From a virus, in IMG/VR virus record IMGVR_UViG_3300020229_000001, positions 30,386 to 94,385 of that record: a stretch of 64,000 nucleotides of DNA; one strand, written 5' to 3'. The translations under genes were made by a program, and so were the position numbers. The notes below the pieces were generated by a model. It worked only from the letters and a program-made list of their open reading frames with translations, had not been told where the DNA came from and did no database searches. Of the stretch, positions 1 through 10,400 are shown piece after piece; position 1 is the stretch's first letter, and each line of letters starts with the position of its first letter.

Positions 1-205
1 TCGGACCGGGATTGCCGCTCATTCTAGCGCAGAATGAAGCCTTTCTGCCAGCGTCGGCCTTGGTCTTTGGGTGCGGCGCAGGCGCCTTCAAGTTGCTGCC
101 AGTTGCCGCGTTGATTTTGGCTCGGCCCTTGGCTGTTAGCCCGGCGCCCCGGGAAACAGGAAGCTTATCTCCCTTCGATACAGATAGTTTTGGTGTTTTT
201 GGCAT
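1..205 (-). CDS. Small basic phage protein, DUF6321-like; truncated by the window edge
   Basis: Not in the ORF track. Manual translation from ATG at 205: MPKTPKLSVSKGDKLPVSRGAGLTAKGRAKINAATGSNLKAPAPHPKTKADAGRKASFCARMSGNPGP. The GLTAKGRAK..NLKAP..SFCARM pattern is typical of this family. Confidence 0.75.
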   Translation of the reverse strand, partial: MPKTPKLSVSKGDKLPVSRGAGLTAKGRAKINAATGSNLKAPAPHPKTKADAGRKASFCARMSGNPGP

Positions 206-1477
206 ATTATTCTTCGTCTTCTCCTTCAGCTTCTTTTCGCAGTTTTTCTGCCGCTTTGATTGCTTTTTCTTTTTCCATCAATTGCTTCATTAGCCCCTTA
301 TTGGGAGACTTAACGCCAGTGAGGTTTGCCTCATCGGCCTCGGACAAGAGTCGCACTGTTTCCCCTTTACGATCCACTTGGAACAAACCTCCAGCTTGGA
401 TGATGTCCAAAGAAAACTTGGCGGCGTCAGCGTAGTCCGCTGGCTCTGCTCCGCTCGTTGCCGCCCCGTACTTGCCAAACAATTCCTTCTCGTTAAACCA
501 CAGGGCAGCCTGCATATCGGCAATGGTAACAACAATCCCGGCTTGAGCAAGCCTAGCCTGAGCCTGCTCCATCGTTGTCTGCTGAAACGCCCGCTCGTTA
601 CTGGCCCGAGGTGCGCCAAGCGGCGTTGTGCGATCCTGCACCCAATTCTTGGCGGCTCTTCGTAATTCGGTTTTTCCCTTGAAGCTGCCAGTTCTGAATA
701 CTTTTTCAAGGTGCTCCGCAAACTCAAGCATCGCGCCGCTGTCTTCTAGTAATTTGTGGAATTCTTTTTTCGACCATCTGGGCGCGTCTTCTCCGTAAAG
801 GTAGGGCTCTTCAACTCCTTTTTTAATGAGCACTCGGTCGGTATATTCCTTGCCTTTTTTGAGCGCCTGATTTCTGTTGTATTCCTCAATCAACGAGTCT
901 TGAAACCGCTCAAATTGATGCCCTTCCTTGAGAGGATCATACTTAAATGAGCGACCAAGAATTCGATTCCACGTTCTGGTATACCAAAGGTCGGCGGTTA
1001 GCGTTGAGTAGTCGCCGTGGAGGTTATTAATGAAAGATCCGATCTTTGGCCCAAAGACCATAAACCCGGTCACCATTTGATTTTTGCCGCCCTCAACAGA
1101 CAGCGGCTCCCCGTTGTAATACAGGGAGGTGTCTTGCTTCAGATTCTTGTTCCAATTTGCAACAGTGTCCGTTTTGAACAAAAGGGCTCGGAGCTGACTT
1201 GGGGTATGCCTTGTCAGCAACTCGTGCAATTTCAGTATGTTGTTTTCAATCGCGGCAGTTTTATCGCCGAATGTGCCATGCAGTGCGGTGACAATTTCTG
1301 GAAGGGTTTTGCCATTTTCTAACATTAGCGTTACCCGAGTTGCCATTTTGCCATTCTCGAAGACGTCGTTGCCCTGAGACGCAATCCCGAGAACCGCATC
1401 GAAAACAAGGCTCTTGTCTGCGTCGTGCTGGGGAGACCCAACCTCGAGCCACGGAAAGAGTTGCGAGTACATTCCCT
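196..1477. repeat. Copy 1 of a ~1.28 kb imperfect direct repeat (copy 2 at ~62719-64000)
   Basis: Same sequence at offset 62,523; 13 aa differences over the 421 aa compared, plus many synonymous changes. Confidence 0.95.
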
Positions 1478-4400
1478 TCATCCGCTTCAGGGCCGCGTCG
1501 TACCATCCAATTGCGTTTGGAGACTTTGGATTCAGCGCGGCCCTCGCCATGTGCTGCTGAACCTCGTCGGCCACAACTGACGAAATGATATCCATCGCCC
1601 TCGGGCTATAGTCTCCGGGCAGGATTACCCCATCACTGGCCGCTCGATTCTGCAACGCATGAATCATGTCCGGGACGGCTGTCTCCCGCTTGCCTGCAAG
1701 CGTGTACGTTGACCTCACGGGCAGGATTTCGGTTCCTGCCAACAGCGGACTGGCGCTCCGGGCCATTGGGTCTACCGGGTACAGCTTGTCCTTTATGTAC
1801 TTGGCGTCGGAGTCACTGAGTCCGTACCGCTTGGCGTAGAGGGCTGGGTCGAAGATGTAGCCTTGCGCGGCTGCTGCCTTGGCGTAGTCGATAAGAAGGC
1901 TATCGATACTTCGTTGTAGTAAGGACTGTCCACCGGAAGTGGCTTGAAGCCAAACCGGGAGAACTCTCTGGTTGTCTCTTCCCTTGAATATTTTTTCAGT
2001 TTCATAAAGCTCTGAGGCTACAATTGTTTCGTATGATTGATCGATTGATGCTGATTTTTGGATTTCACTGAGCTTGCTGGCAAAGTCCTCGGTCCCAAAG
2101 TTGAGTGCCTTGATGCCCTTGCCGTCCGTTGTCGTAGAAACGTCTACGCCAACTTCTCTCGCTTTGTCAAAAGCCAACTTCAACTGGTCGTCGGTGAGCT
2201 TTGTAGAATGGATCAGGTATGCTGCCTGAGTGCCTTCTTTAAGGTCAATTGACGGCTTGTAGGTGATGCCAGCGTCTTGAGCAAAAGCAAGAGTTAGAAG
2301 CTGAGTGATTTGCTTTGCCTTGTCAAACGTAAGTTCAGGATGAACCAAATCAAAAGATGGTTCTACCTTCCCCTGCCACGTTCCTGCAATCGGCCTAATC
2401 TCCAGACCATCAAGGCCAAAGAAGTCTTTTAGTATCCCGTTGAAGCCATCGGATTTCAGAATGTCATGCACTGAGTCTCCAAGCTCTGCCATGCTGCGAA
2501 TTCCAAGCGGATTGGCGGTGAATGGAGCAGGGGTTGCCTTTAGCGACACCTCTTCAAACGACCTGTTTAGCTTTTTGACTTGAGCTTTCCACGCGGCGTC
2601 TTCCGGGCTCATGTTCTGCATCTTTTCCGGGAACTGCGAGCGCATCTCTTCGATCTGGGTGTCGAGCGCGGCAACCTTTTCCGCATAGGCGGCCTTCTTT
2701 GCTTCAAATTCCGCCGTTTTTTCAGGCTTCTTTGCGTTCTTAGCCGCCTCGTCTGCCTTGGCAAGCAACTCAAGTTGGCGTTGTTTTTTAAGCTGCAATT
2801 CGCCCCATGTTTCAACTGCTGCCTTTTGGCCGGAAACCGTTTTAAGCTGATCTCTTAGCTCGGATGCCGTTCTGTAGGTGTAACCGTGCTCACCGGGCTT
2901 GGCTCCAATCACAACGCTGAACATCCCGCGTTCATCAGTGATGGTTTTGGGAAGCGGAGCAATTGACGCAAGAGCAGGCAGACGCTCTTCCTCTTTTGGC
3001 TCTATTTTTATGCCTTCCAGCGCCCCGGGAATATTTTCGTTGTCCGGCATAAACCGCACCTGAGCACCTTCAAGGGCTCCCGAGGCGCTGGGGTCGGTTA
3101 GGAATGGTTTAATTTCGTCGTATTTTTCACGACTGATGGAGCCATTCACCATTTTAGTAAACAGCTTTCGATTAAACGCCTTGATGTCATTGGCATCCGA
3201 TGCATTTGCATAACGCATTGGCACATCGATGACAAAAATGGCCTCCTTTCCATCGGGGCCAAGCCCCGAAACCACATTTCCTTCGTGGGCATCTCGCAAA
3301 AATGTTTTTGCCTTTGGATTGTAGAATTCAAAAAGATTGCCTCTTACTATCCTGAAAAAGTTTCTTTGATTTAAATATGAATCAATTTGGTTAATTGATA
3401 ACGGGTCTAAAATTTTGACGTAAGGCTGCTCCGTGACAACATACGCACCGGGATCAGATCCCGTTACCCTTCCAGTAACAAGGTCTGAAAAATTTCCCTG
3501 AACATTGGCTTCCGATTCCTTTGCTTGATCGTGGATTCCCTTAACGGTGATTTTTGTTTCAGGGAAAAACTCATTGTGCAGTCGAATTCGGTCGAAATAA
3601 TCACCCCAGTTTTCTTCAAACATGGGAATATTTGTCCGCTTTTCAACTTTGCCATTTTCATTTCCAAGAATGACTTGATGCTCGGCCCCTGATTTATACC
3701 CCGACGCCCTCCACCTCTCGAGAAAGTCCCGATGATCCAAAAGCGCCCCGTGCTGGCGTGCTGCATCAACTAGACGGGTGTCTTGCGCTCGCTTTGCTGC
3801 CTCTGACGCACGGCGACTTTCAGTTTCTCCTCGAACCTGTTCTGATTCTGAATCCTTTCCTCTAACGGAACGCTCGAAAACACTTCCGAGATTCTCACTA
3901 GGTGCTCTCGACCCTTGTTTGTTTTGGCTGCTTCCTGCTCTACTAACCTCTCCCTCTCTGCTCTGTCTGGAATTAAGTATTCGTTCATATTCTTCTTTTT
4001 CGGCAAAATCGCCAGATTCTTTAGGATTACCATCAGGCATAAATCGAGCCTGACCGCCTTCCACAGAGGAGCGCATCTCGGGAGTAATGGCGACTTTCCA
4101 GATTTTGGGATTTTCTCCAATCTCTACAACTTCTCCACCTTCTCCGCGTCCCCGGTTGTTAAGCGCAACAACTGCGTGAGAACGGTTGGTGAACGTCATT
4201 GTTGGAGCGATATTTGGATTTCCTTGAATGACGTACTCTTTCTTGCCTTCAACCTCACCCGTTTCAACTTTAGCACCCCATTGCTTGACGTACTTGCCAA
4301 TTTCATTTGGTAGGATTTTGTCGTAAAAGCCTGTCATGCCTTCGCCGCCAATATCAAGGTCTAATCCGTCAGCTTTTGCGTATGCCGTAACCGGATCTGA

Positions 4401-7400
4401 TTGAGAATTGAGGTCAGCAATAAGCTTTTCTGCAAGTGGCTTCCCTATTGTGTCAGCTACCTCCTGAGCAGACAGTCCGGGTTTATTTATTACTGATACA
4501 GGAAGGTTTGATCCATCTGTGTTTTGGTATGCACTGACATGATACTTTCCGTCACCGTCATTTATTAGGTCAATGGCTGAGACATGTTTACTTAGGGAAT
4601 ACCGATCAGCTTGCGCTTCTCCTCCGGTCCAGCCAATCCAATTCTTGCCGTCAGCAACAGCTTTTTGAAGTGCGTGCTTGAATAGTTGAATGGGCCAATC
4701 TTTGCGGAATGGTGCGTCGGCAACGCCGTCTTGACGCATTGCTCCTGCGTTCATTAAGGCTGTCCATTCCTTGCGCTCTTCAGGTGTTGCCGCTTGCCCT
4801 TTTGCTTCAATTTCACGCACCCTATTATAATCGCGAAGTTGTTCATTTTTGTACCCTCTTTTCCTAGCCGCCTGATGCAGATCAGATTGCAACTCTTCAA
4901 TCAGCCTGCCAGTTCCAAAGTCTTGAGTGCGCATATGCGCAACATAGTTTGGAACGTCTGGAAAGTGGCTTGAGCGAAACTCTCCAACTCCAACAACATC
5001 GCTTTCTCCCCTGCCATCAATTCTGGCTTGATCTAATGTGTCATAAGTGCCTTGTTCTCCATCAATAAATTCAACATCAAAAGATCCATCGTTTAATTTT
5101 TTAAATGAAGCAATTGGGTCAATTTCTGTTTTAGACGGCATTCTAAGAACAACCTCTTCGTAGTTTGTGCCGCCGGGAAGCTTGTATTTGGAGTATTGCG
5201 TCTCGTCTTCTCCGTACTCAGAATCGATTTGGTTGGTCTCAGAAACGAACTCTTCCGCTTCTGGTCTACTCATCCCAAACATTTCCATTGCAGATTTCTC
5301 TGCTTCCTCAATTGTGTTAAATTTTGCAGCGCCTCCCCACTCTTCAGCTTCAGAGTAGAACTCGCCTTCAAAGGACTTTGCTTCTCGCATCCTCTGCGTC
5401 TCAAACTTTGCAACGTAACCGTCTTTCAAGAACTGCTTAACGTCATCTTTCGTGACATATCCTTTCTCCGCCTGCGCTGCGTCAATAAACTGATTGATGC
5501 CGCTCCATTTCATTTCGTCAGGCTTCACGCCACTACCCTTCTGCGGGTCCAGAATGCCCCTTATTTGCTCCGCACTGGCCCGATTAGGCATCTTGTTTAA
5601 TAGAACCCGTCCAGCCTTGCTGTAGAACCCGGGGGCGACCTTTGTAGGGTCTTCCTCACGCTCTGGCATGAAGCGAATGCCTGACGGGATTTTGCTAGAT
5701 GCCCACATGCTCCCGCCTTGCGGATCTGGTCTGCCAGTTTCCGTATCAAATAATTTTTCTCTTCGTAATGTAGCCTGTTTTGATATTGGCTCTCCGTATA
5801 GTTTTGTTGCACCAATGCTTTGAGCATATTTTGCAATTTCTCGGTACAAAGCTTCTCCGTATCCTTGTTTTTCAAACCCGGAAGAATTGGCAGACAGCAC
5901 CACCTTCAGGAGCTCTGGGTCATACGGATCTCTAGTGACAGTTGCGCTAGCCGCAACCTTGTTAGACATTTCCGGGTAAATGTAAATGTGCGTGTCTGGG
6001 TCTTCTTCAATTTCCTCAACTCTAGATTTGTATTTTGGCAACCTTGCCTTCATTACGTTCAGCTCTTCTTGAGTTGGTACGCGACGGTATTCATCTTCCA
6101 ATTTCTCAGGTATAAACCGGACCTGCGCTTCTGCTGGCTGAACCGTTGCCTTGATTTCACCAGTGCCTTTTGGGTCGTACTTAGCAGAGACTGATCCCAA
6201 ACCTTTTAGGATACTACCACCGAGCGCAGGACGCTGTTCTTCTTTAGCCTCCTGTTCGGGCATAAACCGGGCCTTGTACGGGATCGGGTACTTATACTCC
6301 GTGTTTGCGTTCTCTTCGGCAGCAGTGTGCGAATCAAGGCGGAATGATTTGATGATCTGGTCAAAGCTAGACTGTTTATCGAGCTTGCGTTCGGATCGGC
6401 TAAACTTGTTCCGGTCTAGGTCTGGAATAGACTCAACGTCGGGCACATTTGGATTTGGTGCGCCGAGCATCTTTTCGTAAATGGTTCGCTTGAGCTTTGC
6501 AACATTTGGGTCTGCATCGAGTCCCTGCCAGCCCGGGACACTTGCGTCGGGGTTCGCAAGGTTCGGAAGCAGCACCGTTCTAAACTCGTTCCAAAATTTT
6601 TGTGTGTCGCCGCCCCAAGGCTCAAACACTCCCTTGGCATATTTCTCATAAAGCCCAACCTTCCTACGAAGGTCGCTAATATCCCAAGCAGTTGTGTAAA
6701 AATTGCCAGCCTTTGAGAGGTGCAATTGCAATGGGACGATCTGCCGAATCTTTGGAGAAAACGCCTGATAGTTGCCTTTGTCATTCAACCGGGAGGCGTA
6801 ATCGATATCAAGCACCGTCCCGTCGCCCCGAGTCATTAGGTCGTCGTACTTAAACAACAGTTCCTTCATTGAGGCTGGAACAATACTTTCAGGAAGTGCA
6901 GCAATTGCCGCACGCTGCGCTGGAGTCATTTTTCCAGTGTAGTGCAGGTCTTCATCATCTTTTCCCTGCCCGCCTTTGATCGCCCGGAACCGTCCCAGCT
7001 CAGATGGATCTCCAGCGTTATCGATGGCATCACGGACCATTTGCACCCGGCGCTTAATATGCGCTACGGTTTCCTTGTTTTTGCGTTCTTTTGGCTTCCC
7101 GGTGGCCTCGTCGTAAGCAATCTGACGTTCTACTTGTACTCGCCCACCGACCGGGACTTCGAGTCCAACTAATTCAGGATGTAATTCTCCAAATCCCCGT
7201 TCCTTGTTTGGAACATTATCCCCAGTCGTATCGTCTTGGTGATAAATCCAACTACCTTCAGATGCGTTGTTGTCAGTTAGGTTAACCGTCTGCACTACCT
7301 TACCATCTGCGTCCGTAACTACAGCCACTGGAATCGTCTCAAATTTCCCTGTGTCCTTAAAATACTTGTTAAGCAACTCTTTTGAGTTTTTTACGTCTTT

Positions 7401-10400
7401 TGGCGTAATGGGCGCAGCCACCGCTTCTCCCGGCTCTGCGTCAGTAAAGTCGCCGTCGTACTTCTTCATCTCCCGCTCGACGTTGCGTATCGCACGCATT
7501 ACCTCAGGGCTGTACGTTGCGCCAACAAGCCCAGAAGTCCACTGTTTGTACACCGCTGGCCCTGCAATTGCGTACAAGTGATTCAACGCAGATTTGACGT
7601 TGTTGCTACTGACACGAGAAGCCAACCAGTTAATTCCTCGCTGCGCTGGAGACTCTGGGTCGCCAAAGAACCTTCCTGCGTGAGCTTCTGCGAGAGTTTC
7701 CTCCCGCATCAATTCAACAATCTTGTTCTTGTTAAAGTCGTTTGCCGCTTCATCCCAAACTCCAGCGGCTTCAGCGTAATCCTGAACTTGTTCTGCTGTC
7801 TTTCCTTCTAAATATTTTTTGTAAAATTTGCCAAACAGATCATCCCGGGACATTCCGGGCTCCGCAGGAGTGATTTGTCGCACATTGCCATTTTCATCAA
7901 CAGCCTCTGTGCCGAATATTTTGTTGAACAAAGGTGCGATCCGCTTGCGGTATTCGTCCTTGCCAAACAAGCCGTGCCCAACAACTTCGTGAGCAAGGAC
8001 GTTTGAGATAGCCTCCCCAGAAAGCTCTGCCTTTTTTAAAGCGTTTTCAACATTCACAAACACCGTATCTTTGGCAGGGTCCATCGTAAACCCGTCCTTG
8101 GCGGTGCCTTTCCCAATCATAATGCCGTCAGCGGTTGGATTCTTTTCTAACGCCTGCTCAATAGTCATTGGTGCTCCAACCCCATTGAAATTAGGGTTTT
8201 CCGTAATCATCTTGTCGATAATTTGGCTAGATGTAAGCAACTCAATGTTCATGTTGCTGTTAGGAGTCAGCACCCCGTTTATGAGGTTTGACACTTTCCC
8301 TAGCGACAATTTAATGCCATCCTCGAACGCTTGCCGGGCTTCCGGGGGCGCAACTATGTTTTCCTGATGGAGTCGATAAGCAAACTCGTAATCTGCTTTG
8401 GCCTTAGCCGCTTCAGGTGTATTTGCCCCGTTCACCATTTCGGCAAAATGCGTTTTCTGAGCCCGATCAAGGCGTTTTTCAGACTGCTTGATGACCTTGT
8501 CCCAGTTCAAATTTGTGACATTTTCTCGAGATTCTGGGCTTAACCCAAGCATAACCCTTTGAGCCTGTCGCATCTCTGCGTCTCGGTTCATTTTGTTGCG
8601 AATCGGATCATTCCCTACTAATCCTCCGAGAACCTGCCCGTGAATAAATCCATAGGTCGCAAACTCAGCCCACATTTGTGCAAACTCTTGAGCGTCCTTG
8701 TCTTCAAGTACTCCCATTGCAACCATCATTGGCAGCATTGACACGTTGTGTTGCACAAAGACGTTTGCGTTTTTTTCAATAAAATCCAACGCTTTGCCGC
8801 CACCAGCTTTTTGCGACCAGTTCAAAAATCGTTGCACCTCAGGAGATGCTGATTCCATTTTTTCTAACGCCTCAAAGCGGCCCAATTCAGCGCCGGATAA
8901 CCTTCCAGCTTTAAGTAGCTGCTGCCCAAGGCGAGGCGCAGCCGCAATCGCCTTACCAGCAAGCTGAATTCCAAGCCCAGTTCCTGCGCCTTTTAACGCC
9001 CCGGCCAGCGGATCATCAGACGCCAATGCACCAGCGCCAGCGCCAAGTAGAGTCGACCCGGCATATTTTACAGGTTTTGGAAGGCTTTCAAAGGCTGTTT
9101 TAGACCGATCAATGGTGTCTGCAATGTTGCCAAGTGGCTTTTCGAGCCACCCGGGCTGCTCTCGGGCAATTGCCTCCGCTTCACGCTGCGCTTGCAGTGC
9201 CGCGCTATCAGCGGCGTACATAACATTGCGAGCCTCACCAGTCTTTCCAGCCGCTCTCAACCCTCGACCTATTTGCTGACCTAACATGCTCAAATCTCGC
9301 ACAACTGCCCCGCCCAACCCAAACACGTTTAATGGCGATGTCATGGCAATTGCGCCAACTTGTTCAGGGTCTTCCCGTAGACGATTGGCTTCTTTTATTT
9401 GAGCTTGCACCCCAGTTTCAGCGGCTGCTTCTGCTTGCAATCGACGGTTAGCCCTCGCTGCTTCAATATTGCCTCCAAATCCAAAAACAGCGTCTTCTGC
9501 TGGGGGCATCAACTTTTCAACAACATCAACCCAGTATTTTTTAACGGCAGGATCTTGCCACAGGTCATCAATTGTTCTGGCCAAAACAGCGGGATTTTTT
9601 TCCCTCTGCATGTGGTCGATATACTTTGCATTCATCCGAGTTGCAAAGTTCTTCCTAGCTTGATCCATTGCTGGAGCAGCCGCAGCTTCACGCAATGCAG
9701 CTTCTTGCTCCATAGAGATGGCAGGAGCAATTGATGGGTCTGCTAGAGTCCCTTCCGCAGTGGCTTTAGCAATGCCAACCTTAGCCTTGTCCCAAAGCAT
9801 AGCTCTACCTTCAGAAAAATCCTTTGTTGCCTTTAAAAGGTCTTCTCTAGCCATCAAAAGGGCATCGCCAAACACCCGAGCGGACCGATACGTTTTGTCT
9901 CGGAGCGACAATTCAGCGTCTCGGATTTGCTGTTCGTTTAGTCCCTTTTTTTGCTCTTCAGTGAGCGTTTTGCCTTTCCCGAAATCTTCAGGGCTACCGA
10001 CATACACTGCGCCTGTAAGAGCATCCTTTGCTAGCCTGCCAGCGCCAGCAGCAAGAGGAGGCAAAGACGCCAACATTCCAACCCCGGCCTTCCCTGCGTC
10101 TGCAATTAAATCAAACGCACTTGTATCCTTGTTCCACCTGTAATCGAACAGAGACTGCAACTGCACAGGGTTTTCGGCCATGTTGTACCAAGGAACTGTC
10201 TTGTGTAGCTCCTCAAGGTCGTGCGGGTCGGTGATTCCTTTGAACACCGTTTCCGTAATCCCCTTGCGGGTGTTAGGATCAGTGATTCCAGCGTATGCAT
10301 TAAACTTGCCTGTTGGGCCAACCGGGACTGGGGCAAACTGCCCAGAGCCGAGTGCTCCGCTGCCAATCAACGAAGACTGTTCTGGAGGCGCAGTGCTGCC

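Noticed and set aside
196-1477. True direct terminal repeat
   Set aside because: The copies differ at many sites and the flanking gene differs; physical DTRs are identical.
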